NCBI GenBank assembly: GCA_965221775.1
Contig: CBDCSU010000005.1
Location: forward strand, 1,445,180 to 1,509,179
Source of the DNA: Candidatus Latescibacterota bacterium
Lineage (GTDB): Bacteria > Latescibacterota > UBA2968 > UBA8231
DNA length: 64,000 bases
Reading direction: 5' to 3'
Under the pieces are notes generated by a model. The model was not told where the DNA came from. It saw nothing but the letters and a program-made list of their open reading frames with translations, and ran no database searches. This document shows positions 19,690 through 29,410 of this stretch, in pieces (the stretch's first letter is position 1; every line of letters begins with the position of its first letter). The translations under genes were made by a program, and so were the position numbers.

Positions 19690-20031
19690 TCAGCCGTCGA
19701 GGCCGCGCAGCATCTCGAAGGTGTAGATGCCGTCCTCGTGGCCGTCGGCCCAGTGGATGCGGATGCCGTAGCGGCCCACCGGGTCGAAGCCCCGGGCCTC
19801 GGAGGTGGGCGTCACCTCCTCGGTGGTGACGATGGGCAGCTCCGCCGCCACCAGCTGCGGCCCGTGGGGCTCGCCGCGCTTCTGGCGGCAGATGGCGCAG
19901 GGGCACCGCATCCGCAGGTCCTGCAGGTCGTAGCGGCTCTCGCGGTCGTCCTGCCAGCGGATGGTCAGGGCCTCGTCGCCCAGGTCGATCCGCGCCGGGC
20001 GGCGCTTCCGGCGCTCCTCGAGACCCCTCAT
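19690..20031 (-). CDS. DUF971 / GBBH-N-like protein
   Basis: LRMRCPCAIC, VGRYGIRIHWADGHEDGIYTF. Confidence 0.85.
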   Translation of the reverse strand: MRGLEERRKRRPARIDLGDEALTIRWQDDRESRYDLQDLRMRCPCAICRQKRGEPHGPQLVAAELPIVTTEEVTPTSEARGFDPVGRYGIRIHWADGHEDGIYTFEMLRGLDG

Positions 20032-21398
20032 CACCAGACCTCCCCGGCCAGGCGCGCCTCCAGCTCGTAGGCGTGGGCGCCGGTGATCTCCACTTCGGCG
20101 AAGCGGCCCACCAGCCGGTCCCCGTCCGGGGCCTCCGGCGCCGCCCCCTCGATGGGGGTCAGGCCCTCCGGCCCCGGCGCCTCGAGGACCACCTGCCCGT
20201 CGATCTCCGGCGCGTCGCGCTCGAGCCGGCCGGTGATCCGCCCCTCGGAGACGGAGTCGATCAGCATCTTCCGCCGCGTGCCGACCATGTCGTGGTTGAT
20301 CGCCGCCGAGATGCGCTCCTGGAGCTGGGTCAGGCGGCGGTAGCGGTCGGCGGTGACGTGGGCCGGCAGCTTGCCGTCCAGCTCGAAGGCGGCGGTGCCC
20401 TCCTCGTCGGAGTAGAGGAAGCAGGTGGCGTTGTCGAAGCGGGTCGTCTCGATGAACTCCAGCAGCTCCTCGAACTGTTCCTCCGTCTCGCCCGGGAAGC
20501 CGACGATGAAGGAGGAGCGCAGGCCGACGCCGGGCATGCGCCGGCGCAGGCGGTGCAGCAGGTCGAGGGTCTTGCGGCGCGTGGTCGCCCGCTTCATGCG
20601 CCGCAGCACCGGGTCGGCGATGTGCTGCAGCGGCATGTCCACGTAGCGGCACATCTTCGGGTGGCCGGCGTAGAAGTCGAGCATCTCCGCGGTCCAGAAG
20701 GCCGGGTAGGTGTACATCAGCCGCAGCCACTCGATCCCATCCACCCCGGCCAGCTGCTCCAGCAGCGGCACCAGCCGCGGCCGCCCGTAGAGATCGGCGC
20801 CGTAGCGCACCGAGTCCTGGGCCACCAGGACCAGCTCGCGCACCCCCGCCGCCGCCAGCCGCTCGGCCTCGGCCACCAGCTCCTCCACCGGCTCGCTCAC
20901 GTGGCGGCCGCGGATGGCGGGGATGGCGCAGAACGCGCACTGGTGGTCGCAGCCGTCGGAGATCCGCAGGTAGGCCCAGTGGCGCGGCGTCAGGCTGGTG
21001 CGCGGCAGGCGGTCGACGTAGTGGCCGCGGCTGCGGCCGAGGAGGCGGTCCACGTGGCGCACGATGTCCCGCTCCTCGCGCAGGGTGAGGACCACGTCGG
21101 CCTCTTCGGACAGCTCCGCCTTCACCTCCTCCTCGTAGCGCGTCGACAGGCAGCCGGTGACGACGACCCCCTTGCAGCGGCCCGACTCCTTGAGGCGGGC
21201 GGCGGCCAGGATCGTGTCGATCGACTCCTCCTTGGCCGGCTCGATGAAGCCGCAGGTGTTGACGATGACCACGTCGGCGTCATCCGGATCGCCGGTGAGG
21301 GTGTAGTCGTTGCCGCGCAGCAGGCCGAGCATGCGCTCGGAGTCGACCGTGTTCTTGGGGCAGCCGAGGCTGATGAGGTGGACGCGGGAGTCGCTCAT
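20031..21398 (-). CDS. rimO: Ribosomal protein S12 methylthiotransferase
   Basis: SLGCPKNTVDSE, NTCGFIEPAKEES, radical SAM GCDHQCAFC, DAPEIDG in the TRAM domain. Confidence 0.95.
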   Translation of the reverse strand: MSDSRVHLISLGCPKNTVDSERMLGLLRGNDYTLTGDPDDADVVIVNTCGFIEPAKEESIDTILAAARLKESGRCKGVVVTGCLSTRYEEEVKAELSEEADVVLTLREERDIVRHVDRLLGRSRGHYVDRLPRTSLTPRHWAYLRISDGCDHQCAFCAIPAIRGRHVSEPVEELVAEAERLAAAGVRELVLVAQDSVRYGADLYGRPRLVPLLEQLAGVDGIEWLRLMYTYPAFWTAEMLDFYAGHPKMCRYVDMPLQHIADPVLRRMKRATTRRKTLDLLHRLRRRMPGVGLRSSFIVGFPGETEEQFEELLEFIETTRFDNATCFLYSDEEGTAAFELDGKLPAHVTADRYRRLTQLQERISAAINHDMVGTRRKMLIDSVSEGRITGRLERDAPEIDGQVVLEAPGPEGLTPIEGAAPEAPDGDRLVGRFAEVEITGAHAYELEARLAGEVW

Positions 21399-22498
21399 GG
21401 GTACCTGCGCTGCAGGAAGGATACGGCCTCGCGGACGATCTCGTCGTCGACGCCGTCCACGACCTCGACGCGGCCGATGCCGCGGGCGAGGATGAAGCGG
21501 TTGCGCCCGGAGGCGCGCTTCTTGTCGGCCCGGGTGTGCTCGAAGATGCGCCCGGCGTCGATGCCGCCGACCCCGGGGCGCACGCCCAGGCGCTCCACCA
21601 GGGCGTCGTGCCGGCCCCGCGCCCCCTCGCTCTCCCACAGGCCGAGGCGCGCCGCGATCTCGGCGGCGGCGGCCATGCCGAGCAGCACGGCCTCGCCGTG
21701 GCGGAAGCCGTATCCGGAGGCCGCCTCGATGGCGTGGCCGAGGGTGTGGCCGTAGTTGAGGATCGCCCGCAGGCCGCCCTCGCGCTCGTCGGCGGCGACC
21801 ACCCCGGCCTTGATGCGGGCGTTGCGGGCGATGAGGTCGTCCAGCTCGGCGGCGCCGATGCCCATCTCCACGACCTCCTCCAGGCGCTCCTCGAGGAAGG
21901 CGAAGAGCTCCTCGTCGCGGATGACGCCGTGCTTGACGACCTCCGCCAGGCCGGCCACCACTTCCTCGCGCGGCAGGGTGCGCAGGCTGTCGGTGTCGGC
22001 CAGGACCAGCCGCGGCTGGTGGAAGGCGCCCACCAGGTTCTTCCCTTGGCGCAGGTTGACCGCCGTCTTGCCGCCGATGCTGGCGTCGACCTGGGAGACG
22101 ATCGTCGTCGGCACCTGCACCACGTCGACGCCGCGCAGGTAGCTGGCGGCCACGAAGCCGGCCAGGTCGCCGACGACGCCCCCGCCGACGGCGGCGACCC
22201 AGGCGCCGCGGTCGAGGCCGGCGGCGGACATGCCCGAGGCCAGCTGCTCCACCGAGGCCAGGTTCTTGCCCTCCTCGCCGGTGGCGTACTCCAGGAGGAG
22301 GACCTCGAAGCCGGCGTCGCCCAGGCTGCGGCGGACCTGCTCCACGAAGGTCTCCGCCAGGGCCGCGTCCCCGATGAGGGCGCAGACCTTCCCCAGCCCC
22401 AGGCCGCGGCAGCGCTCCCCGAGGACGCCGACGGCGCCGTGACCGACGACGATGTCGTAGTCCCTCCCGCCCGGCAGCCGGACGGCGACCTCCTTCAC
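21395..22498 (-). CDS. aroB: 3-dehydroquinate synthase
   Basis: GGGVVGDLAGF, QVPTT, DASIGGKT, KNLVGAFHQP, LNYGHTLGHA, HGEAV. Confidence 0.95.
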   Translation of the reverse strand: MKEVAVRLPGGRDYDIVVGHGAVGVLGERCRGLGLGKVCALIGDAALAETFVEQVRRSLGDAGFEVLLLEYATGEEGKNLASVEQLASGMSAAGLDRGAWVAAVGGGVVGDLAGFVAASYLRGVDVVQVPTTIVSQVDASIGGKTAVNLRQGKNLVGAFHQPRLVLADTDSLRTLPREEVVAGLAEVVKHGVIRDEELFAFLEERLEEVVEMGIGAAELDDLIARNARIKAGVVAADEREGGLRAILNYGHTLGHAIEAASGYGFRHGEAVLLGMAAAAEIAARLGLWESEGARGRHDALVERLGVRPGVGGIDAGRIFEHTRADKKRASGRNRFILARGIGRVEVVDGVDDEIVREAVSFLQRRYP

Positions 22499-23031
22499 GA
22501 GGCGCGCTCCTCCAGGCGCCGGACCAGGCCGCCGGCCACCGCCGCGGCCGAGGTCTGCTCCGAGGTGCGCACGGTGATGTCGGCGGCACCGTAGAAGGGG
22601 GCGCGCTCGGCCAGCATCTCCTCGATCCGGCTCCGCCGCTGCTCCGGCGTCAGGCCGGCCAGCAGGGGGCGGTCCTCCTTCCGGGACAGCCGCTTGAGAA
22701 TGGTCTCCACGTCGGCTTCGACGCAGACGAGGACGGCGCCGGCGCCGCGGATCGCCTCGCGGTTCCCGCTCCGGGTGATCGCGCCGCCTCCGAGGGCGAC
22801 GACGGCCCCGTCGAGGGCCGCGGCCTCCCGCACGCAGGCGGACTCCAGCTCGCGGAAGGCCTCCTCGCCGCGGTCGGCGAAGATCTCGGGGACCGTCTGC
22901 CCGGCGCGCTGCTCCACCATCTGGTCGGTGTCGTAGAAGGGTCGGCCGAGACGGGCCGCCAGCAGCCGGCCGATGCGGCTCTTGCCGGTGGCCATGAAGC
23001 CGGTGAGGAAGATCGGCCGCGGGCGCTCCAC
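22495..23031 (-). CDS. aroK: Shikimate kinase
   Basis: GFMATGKS, GEEAFRELE, LGGG, RPLL, ERAPFY. Confidence 0.93.
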   Translation of the reverse strand: MERPRPIFLTGFMATGKSRIGRLLAARLGRPFYDTDQMVEQRAGQTVPEIFADRGEEAFRELESACVREAAALDGAVVALGGGAITRSGNREAIRGAGAVLVCVEADVETILKRLSRKEDRPLLAGLTPEQRRSRIEEMLAERAPFYGAADITVRTSEQTSAAAVAGGLVRRLEERAS

Positions 23032-24740
23032 TACATCTCCTCGGGGGCGCTCATGCCGAGCAGGTCCAGCCCCGTGCGCAAGACCCCGCGCGTCCCGTCC
23101 ACGAGCCGCACCCGCGCCGCCGTCAGGGCCTCGTCGCCGGCCACCAGCACGGGCACCTCGTTGTAGAGCTTGTTCGCCGCCGTGGCCAGCTCCAGCAGGT
23201 AGCCGGCCACGTACGACGGCTCGTTCTCCTCGGCCGCGGACTCGACGACGCCGGGGAACTCGGAGAGCTTGCGCGCCAGCCGCATCTCCCCGTCCTCTCC
23301 CAGGCGGCCGGTGTCGGCGGCCGGGTCCACGGGGCGGCCGTGGCGCCGCAGGATGCTGCAGTAGCGGGCGTGGGTGTACTGCACGTACGGCCCGGTCTCG
23401 CCGTCGAAGTTGAGGACCTCCTCCAGGGAGAAGTTGATGTCGCGCGTGCGGCGGTTGTTGACGTCGGCGAAGACGACGGCGCTGATCCCCACCTGGCGCG
23501 CCACCTCCGCGGCGCCGGGCAGGTCCGGGTTCTTCTCGGCGATGATGCCCTCCGTGAGGGCGATCGCCTGGTCGAGGACCTCCTCGAGGATGATGATCTC
23601 GCCCTTGCGCGTGGCCAGGGCCCGGCCGCGGAAGGACATGAGCCCGAAGGGCGCGTGCTCGCAGCGGCCGATCCAGTCGACGCCGGCCCGCCGCAGGGCG
23701 CCGAAGAGCTGCTCGAAGTGCAGGCTCTGCCGCTTGTCGGTGACGTAGACCATCTTGTCGAAGGCGTGTTGCCGGTGCCGGTAGAGGAGCGCCGCCAGGT
23801 CGCGGCTGTGGTAGGTGCTGGTGCCGTTGGAGGTGCGCAGCATGAGCGGCGCCGGCTGGTCCTCGAGGGGCACGATGAGGGCGCCCTCGCTCTCCGCCGC
23901 CAGCCCCCGCTCCTCGAAGAAGGCGATCACCTCGTCGAGCTGGCCGGCGTAGTGGCTCTCCCCCAGGCTCTCGTCGAAGCGCACGCCGAGGATGCCGTAG
24001 ATGCGCTCCGCCTCCTTGCGGCCCTCCTCCGAGAACCAGCGCCAGAGCCGGGTCATCTCGTCGTCGCCGGCGGCCAGGGCCCGCAGGCAGTCCCGGGCCC
24101 GGTCGCGCAGCTCCGGGTGCTCCTCGGCCTCGCGGTTGAAGCGCACATAAAGGGCGACCAGCTCCCGGATCGGGTCGGCGCGGATGCGCTCGTCGTCGCC
24201 CCAGGCGGCGTACGCCGCCAGCAGCTGGCCGAAGTTGGCGCCGTAGTCGCCGAGGTGGTTGATGCCGACGCAGCGCCAGCCGAGGAACTCGTGGATGCGG
24301 TAGATGGCGTGGCCGATGGCGGTGGAGCGCAGGTGGGCGATGGAGAAGGGCCGCGCCAGGTTCGGCGACGAGAAGTCGATGGCCACGGTGCGGCCGGCGC
24401 CCTGGCGGCGGCTGCCGTACTCCCGGCCGCCGGCGGCGATCTCGTCGAGGGTGTGGCCGATGAAGGCGGGCCGGTGGAGGGTGAAGTTGACGTACGGGCC
24501 GGCGGCGGCGACGGCGGCGATGCGTCCCCCGGGGCCGGTCTCCGGCTCGATGCGGGCGGCGATCTCGGCGGCGATCTGGGCCGGGTTGCGGCGAAGCTCC
24601 TTGGCCAGGACGAAGCACGGGAGAGCGTAGTCGCCCATGCCTTCGTCCGGGGGTACGGCGAGCAGCCCGCGCACGGTGGACGGGTCCAGGCCTCCGGCGG
24701 CGGCCGTCCTGTCGACGATCTCCTCCAGGAAGGGGTTCAC
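23031..24740 (-). CDS. argS: Arginine--tRNA ligase
   Basis: GPYVNF, DFSSPNLARPFSIAHLRST (HIGH-like), NHLGDYG, TRKG, FDGETGPYVQYTHAR, APEEM. Confidence 0.95.
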   Translation of the reverse strand: MNPFLEEIVDRTAAAGGLDPSTVRGLLAVPPDEGMGDYALPCFVLAKELRRNPAQIAAEIAARIEPETGPGGRIAAVAAAGPYVNFTLHRPAFIGHTLDEIAAGGREYGSRRQGAGRTVAIDFSSPNLARPFSIAHLRSTAIGHAIYRIHEFLGWRCVGINHLGDYGANFGQLLAAYAAWGDDERIRADPIRELVALYVRFNREAEEHPELRDRARDCLRALAAGDDEMTRLWRWFSEEGRKEAERIYGILGVRFDESLGESHYAGQLDEVIAFFEERGLAAESEGALIVPLEDQPAPLMLRTSNGTSTYHSRDLAALLYRHRQHAFDKMVYVTDKRQSLHFEQLFGALRRAGVDWIGRCEHAPFGLMSFRGRALATRKGEIIILEEVLDQAIALTEGIIAEKNPDLPGAAEVARQVGISAVVFADVNNRRTRDINFSLEEVLNFDGETGPYVQYTHARYCSILRRHGRPVDPAADTGRLGEDGEMRLARKLSEFPGVVESAAEENEPSYVAGYLLELATAANKLYNEVPVLVAGDEALTAARVRLVDGTRGVLRTGLDLLGMSAPEEM

Positions 24741-24750
24741 CCGGCTGCCC

Positions 24751-25584
24751 TCACGGCTCGATGGCCCGGCGCATGGCGTCCACCGGCGGCTGGACGCCGG
24801 TCCAGATCTGGAAGGACCGGGCGCCCTGGTGGACCAGCATCCCCAACCCGTCCAGGGCCCGCGCCCCGGCGGCCCGGGCCTGCTCCAGGAGGCGCGTGCG
24901 CAGCGGCTTGTAGACGATGTCGAGGACGACCATGCCGTCGTGGAGGACGCTCCCGTCGCCCAGGGGCGAGACCCCGGCCTCCGGCTCCATGCCGATGGAG
25001 GTGGCGTTGATCACCAGTCCCGCCTCGCGCACGGAGCCGGTCTCCGCCAGCGGCGCGACACGCACCCGGCGGCCATCGTCCATGGCCTCGGCCAGGCTCT
25101 CCGCCCGGGAGAGGGTGCGGTTCAGCAGGATCACCTCCTCCACCTCCCCGCGGCAGAGCAGGGCGTGGAGGACGGCCTTCGCCGCCCCCCCGGCGCCGAG
25201 AAGGGCGACCTTCGGCGGCAGCCGCTCCAGGCCGCCCTCGCCCAGACTGGCCAGCACCCCGTACGCGTCGGTGTTGTGACCCACCAGGCGGCCGTCCCGG
25301 TGGTCGATGGTGTTCACCGCGCCGATGGCCCGCGCCTCGGGGGCGACCTCGTCGAGGCCGGGGATGACCGCCTGCTTGTGGGGCACGGTGACGTTGAGGC
25401 CGCGGACCCCGAGGTGGCGCATGGCCGCGCCCACGTGGGCGGCGCCCTCCGGCGGCACCGGGAAGGCGACGTACACGTAGTCCAGGCCGGTGGCGGCCAG
25501 GGCCGCGTTGTGCATCGCCGGGGACGCCGAGTGCGCCACCGGATGGCCGATGACGCCGAGGACCCCGGTCCGTCCGGAGATCAA
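24751..25584 (-). CDS. aroE: Shikimate dehydrogenase
   Basis: GHPVAHSASPAMHN, NVTVPHK, GAVNT, NTD, GAGGAA, INATSIGM, GLGMLVHQG. Confidence 0.93.
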   Translation of the reverse strand: MISGRTGVLGVIGHPVAHSASPAMHNAALAATGLDYVYVAFPVPPEGAAHVGAAMRHLGVRGLNVTVPHKQAVIPGLDEVAPEARAIGAVNTIDHRDGRLVGHNTDAYGVLASLGEGGLERLPPKVALLGAGGAAKAVLHALLCRGEVEEVILLNRTLSRAESLAEAMDDGRRVRVAPLAETGSVREAGLVINATSIGMEPEAGVSPLGDGSVLHDGMVVLDIVYKPLRTRLLEQARAAGARALDGLGMLVHQGARSFQIWTGVQPPVDAMRRAIEP

Positions 25585-25721
25585 CCGAGGAGATCCTCCA
25601 GGAACTGGTCGGCGATCTCGAGGGACTCGCTCCAGCTGGCCCCGTAGAGGACCTTGATCATCAGGACACCGCCGCCGAAGACCACGGCTCCGAGCACCAG
25701 CAACCGCAACATCGTTCTCAT
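25581..25721 (-). CDS. Small (46 aa) putative membrane protein
   Basis: MRTMLRLLVLGAVVFGGGVLMIKVLYGASWSESLEIADQFLEDLLG; overlaps the AroA-like stop (TGATG) and the aroE start; AGGAG upstream. Confidence 0.6.
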   Translation of the reverse strand: MRTMLRLLVLGAVVFGGGVLMIKVLYGASWSESLEIADQFLEDLLG

Positions 25722-27019
25722 CACGCATTCTCCTTGGCCCTTGGGGCCTGCAACCCGTCGAGTAGATCGAAGAATCCCGGGAAGGAGGCGTCGACGCACT
25801 CGGCGTCGTCGATCTCCATCTCCCCGTGGGCGACGAGACCGGCCACGGCGAAGGCCTGCACCAGGCCGGCGTGGCCCCGGCCGTCGATGCGCTCCCCCTT
25901 GAGCGGCCGTCCGCCCTCGATGACCACACCCTCCGCATACTCGCCGACCTTGGCCTCGACCCGCCGCAGCTGGCCGACGAGGTGGTCGACGAAGTCGTAC
26001 TCGCCCTGGCGCAGCGACCCGATGTCGCGGATGATGAACTCCCCCTCCGTCTGGGTCGCCAGCACCGCCAGCAGGGCCACGTGCTCCAGCAGCTCCCGGG
26101 CCCGGCGGTCGGCCACCCGGGTCGCCTTGAGCCGCCCGGAGCCCTTGATCAGCAGATCGACGCTGCCGTCGTCGGCCCCGGCGATCTCCAGCTCGCCGCC
26201 GATCTGGCGCACGAGGTCGACGAAGAGGCGGTTGCCGGGGCGCACCATCACGCGGCGCACGGCGACCTCGGCGCGGCGTACGGCCAGGGCCGCCACCACC
26301 ACGGGCAGGGCCCCGGCCAAGTCCCCGGGGACGTCCACGTCCAGGGCCTTCGGCGCCGGGCCGGGAGTGAGTGTCAGGGTGCGCACCGGGGGATCGCCCT
26401 CGCGGCCGCTCTCCACCGGGACGCCGCGTTCCTTCCAGGGCGCCTCGGCGCGGTCGCGGCAGGACGACGGCTCGCGGACCACCGTCGGCGCCTGCGCGAA
26501 GAGGCCCGCCGTCAGCAGGCCCAGCTTCACCGATGCCGGCAGGTCCGCCTCTTCGTGGCTGGCGCCTCCGGCGCCGGAAGCCGCCTCCAGGCGGAAGACG
26601 CCCCCGGCCTCTGCCGTGCCCGTGGAGCCGGAAACCGCCAGCAGCCGCAGGAGCTGATCCGCCCGGTCCCGCGCCGGCGCCGGGACCCGCACCCGGCTGC
26701 CAAAGGCTTGGCGCGCCAGGATCGCCAGCGCCGGCAGCACCGCCTCCTCCGAGCCCTCCAGGTCGAGGACATCGTCCGCCGGCTCGAGCCCCGCCAGTCC
26801 GCGGCCGTCGACGCGGAAGCCGCCGTCCTCGCCCTCGACGCCGACGCCCAGCCGCCGCAGGACGTCCACCGTCCCCGCCGCCCCGGGGGGCACGCCGCCG
26901 ATGCGGCTGGTTCCCTCGGAGACGGCCGCCATCCACAGGGCCTGGATCGCCCGGTCGCGCTCGCCGGGCACGCGGACCTCGCCCCTCAGGCGCGCCGCCC
27001 TGGAAACGGTGCGCACCAT
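25721..27019 (-). CDS. EPSP synthase (AroA)-fold protein with degenerate active-site motifs
   Basis: Colinear with class II AroA (LRGEVRVPG, VPGD, ATQTEG, SFPGFF) and in the usual tyrA-aroA position, but catalytic motifs are altered. Confidence 0.8.
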   Translation of the reverse strand: MVRTVSRAARLRGEVRVPGERDRAIQALWMAAVSEGTSRIGGVPPGAAGTVDVLRRLGVGVEGEDGGFRVDGRGLAGLEPADDVLDLEGSEEAVLPALAILARQAFGSRVRVPAPARDRADQLLRLLAVSGSTGTAEAGGVFRLEAASGAGGASHEEADLPASVKLGLLTAGLFAQAPTVVREPSSCRDRAEAPWKERGVPVESGREGDPPVRTLTLTPGPAPKALDVDVPGDLAGALPVVVAALAVRRAEVAVRRVMVRPGNRLFVDLVRQIGGELEIAGADDGSVDLLIKGSGRLKATRVADRRARELLEHVALLAVLATQTEGEFIIRDIGSLRQGEYDFVDHLVGQLRRVEAKVGEYAEGVVIEGGRPLKGERIDGRGHAGLVQAFAVAGLVAHGEMEIDDAECVDASFPGFFDLLDGLQAPRAKENA

Positions 27020-28140
27020 CAGGGGCGCCTCGCCCGGTAGCCCACGGCCTCGAGGGTCTCCACGGCGCGGTCGGCCACGTCATCGGCGTCGAACCCGAGT
27101 CTCAGGGTCCCTCCCTCCCCCTCGCGCACCTTCATCACCTCGATGTCGTTGATGTTCACCTCCTCCGCCGCCAGCACCGACGCGATCTCGGCGATCACCC
27201 CCGGACGGTCCTCGCAGACCACCAGCACCTCCGCCAGCCGGTGGATGAATCCCTTGGCGTCCCTCGGGATGCCGTCGCGGATCCGGTTGGCGTACTCGAA
27301 GTCGGCCTCCAGGGCGGCGGCGCCCACCTTGTCCCGCACCTCGGCCAGGCGCGCCTGGAAGCGGTCGACCATCTCGCGGATGCGGTCCGGGTTGGTGGCG
27401 CAGATGTCGTTCCAGACCGGCTCGAAGGGGCTGGAGGCGATCCGCGTCAGGTCGCGGAAGCCGCCGGCCGCCAGGGTCAGGAGCAGGCCCTGCCGCTCCT
27501 CGTCCAGGAGGCCCACCATCTCCACGAGGGAGGTGGCCAGCAGCTGCGGCAGGTGGCTGATGGCGGCCACCACCATGTCGTGGTCCTCGGCGGACAGCTC
27601 GAGGACGCGGGCCCCGAGGCCGCGGATCAGGTCGCGCAGGGCCTGGTGCAGCTCCCCGGGCACGGCAGCGTCGGGCACCAGGATGTAGATCGCGTTCTGA
27701 AACAGGAACGGATCGGCGGCCGTCACCCCCGACTTCTCGGAGCCGGCCATGGGGTGGCCGCCGAGGAACCAGGCGTCCGACCGGCCGCTGGCCGCCGCGG
27801 CGGCGGCGATGCGGCGCTTGGTGCTGCCCGCGTCGGTGACCAGCGCCCCTGCGGGCACCGCCGCCATCACCCGCGGCAGGAAGTCGATGATGTGGCGGAT
27901 CGGCGAGCACAGGAAGACGAGGTCCGCCTCGGCCAGCCCCCGGTCGACGGCGTCGTAGTCCCAGCCCTCGTCCACGGCCCCGAGGGAGACGGCCTTCTCC
28001 ACGGTCTGCGGCCGGCTGATGCCGACGATGGAGCCGGGGTACCCCGTGCGCCGCAGGGCCAGACCGATGGAGCCGCCGATGAGCCCGACGCCGACGATGC
28101 CGACCCGCCGGAAGCGCGAGGACCGGTTGGCGGTGCTCAC
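27019..28140 (-). CDS. tyrA: Prephenate/arogenate dehydrogenase with C-terminal ACT domain
   Basis: GVGLIGGS, TDAGSTK, GGHPMAGSE, SHLPQ, GFRDLTRIASS, ACT domain EDRPGVIAEI. Confidence 0.93.
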   Translation of the reverse strand: MSTANRSSRFRRVGIVGVGLIGGSIGLALRRTGYPGSIVGISRPQTVEKAVSLGAVDEGWDYDAVDRGLAEADLVFLCSPIRHIIDFLPRVMAAVPAGALVTDAGSTKRRIAAAAAASGRSDAWFLGGHPMAGSEKSGVTAADPFLFQNAIYILVPDAAVPGELHQALRDLIRGLGARVLELSAEDHDMVVAAISHLPQLLATSLVEMVGLLDEERQGLLLTLAAGGFRDLTRIASSPFEPVWNDICATNPDRIREMVDRFQARLAEVRDKVGAAALEADFEYANRIRDGIPRDAKGFIHRLAEVLVVCEDRPGVIAEIASVLAAEEVNINDIEVMKVREGEGGTLRLGFDADDVADRAVETLEAVGYRARRP

Positions 28141-28421
28141 CGCTCCTCGTCCCCCCCGCCTTCGAGGATTCGCGCCTCGGCCATGATGCGGGCGAAGACG
28201 TCGGCGATCGCCTCCTCGCTCAGGGGCCCCCGGTTGAGGGCCTGAAGCCGCTCGATGAGGGCCCGCTCCCGCGCCCGGTCGCGGATCTGGCGGCCGCTGG
28301 CGCGCTTCAACTCGCCGATCTCGATGGCGTAGCCGAGTCTCTCGTTGATCAGGCCGACGATCCTGTCGTCCACCTCGTCGATGCGGGCCCGCCAGTCATC
28401 GATGTCCTTGCCTTCGGGCAT
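28137..28421 (-). CDS. Chorismate mutase, AroQ type
   Basis: WRARIDEVDDRIVGLINER, IGELK, RDRARE. Confidence 0.9.
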   Translation of the reverse strand: MPEGKDIDDWRARIDEVDDRIVGLINERLGYAIEIGELKRASGRQIRDRARERALIERLQALNRGPLSEEAIADVFARIMAEARILEGGGDEER

Positions 28422-28425
28422 GGGT

Positions 28426-29409
28426 TCAGCGCAGTCCCATGGCGCGGAGCACGGACTCCATGGTGGCCTCGGCCACCGGCCGCGCCCGGTCCCGCCCCGC
28501 CTCGAGGATCCCGTCGACGATCGCCGGATCGGCGGTGATCTCGGCGTAGCGCCGCCGCACCGGCGCCAGGGCTTCCACCACGACTTCGGCCACCTCCTTC
28601 TTCAGATCGCCGTAGCCCTTGCCCTCGAAACGGGCCTCGATGGCGGCCTTGTCCTGCCCGGAGAGGGCGTGGTGGATGGTGAGCAGGTTGTGGACGCCGG
28701 GGCGCTCCTCGTCGAAGCGGATCTCCCGCAGCGAGTCGGTGACGGCGCGGCCGATCCTGCGGCGGATCAGGTCGGGCTCGTCGAGAAGGCCGATGGCGTG
28801 GTGCTGCCCCTCCACCGACTTGGACATCTTCTTCGTCGGGTCGTCGAGCCCCATGACCCGGGCCCCCACCTCGCGGATGACCGGCTCGGGCACGGTGAAG
28901 ACCTCGCCGTAGAGGTTGTTGAAGCGGCCGGCGATGTCGCGGGCCAGCTCCACGTGCTGCTTCTGGTCCTCGCCCACGGGCACGACGGAGGTCTGGTAGA
29001 GGAGGATGTCGGCCGCCATCAGCACGGGATAGGTGAAGAGACCGGCGCCGACCCGCTCGCGGCGGCTGCCGGCCTTGTCCTTGAACTGGGTCATGCGCTC
29101 GAGCCAGCCCATGGGCGTGTTGCAGATCAGCAGCCAGGTCAGCTCGGTGTGCTCGGGCACGTGGGACTGGACGAAGAGGACGCTGCGCTCCGGGTCGATG
29201 CCGCAGGCCACCAGCACCGCCGCCAGCTCGCGCACGTTGTCGCGCAGCTCGGCCGGCTCGAAGGGCACGGTGATGGCGTGCTCGTCGACGACGCAGAAGA
29301 AGTTGTCGTAGCGCTCCTGGTCGGCCACCCAGTTGCGGATGGCGCCGATGTAGTTGCCCAAGTGGGTCTGGCCCGAGGGCTGGATGCCGGAGAACACGCG
29401 CGCCGCCAC
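28426..29409 (-). CDS. trpS: Tryptophan--tRNA ligase
   Basis: SGIQPSG, HLGNYIGA, YPVLMAADILLY, VPVGEDQKQH, KMSKS. Confidence 0.96.
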   Translation of the reverse strand: MAARVFSGIQPSGQTHLGNYIGAIRNWVADQERYDNFFCVVDEHAITVPFEPAELRDNVRELAAVLVACGIDPERSVLFVQSHVPEHTELTWLLICNTPMGWLERMTQFKDKAGSRRERVGAGLFTYPVLMAADILLYQTSVVPVGEDQKQHVELARDIAGRFNNLYGEVFTVPEPVIREVGARVMGLDDPTKKMSKSVEGQHHAIGLLDEPDLIRRRIGRAVTDSLREIRFDEERPGVHNLLTIHHALSGQDKAAIEARFEGKGYGDLKKEVAEVVVEALAPVRRRYAEITADPAIVDGILEAGRDRARPVAEATMESVLRAMGLR

Positions 29410-29410
29410 G

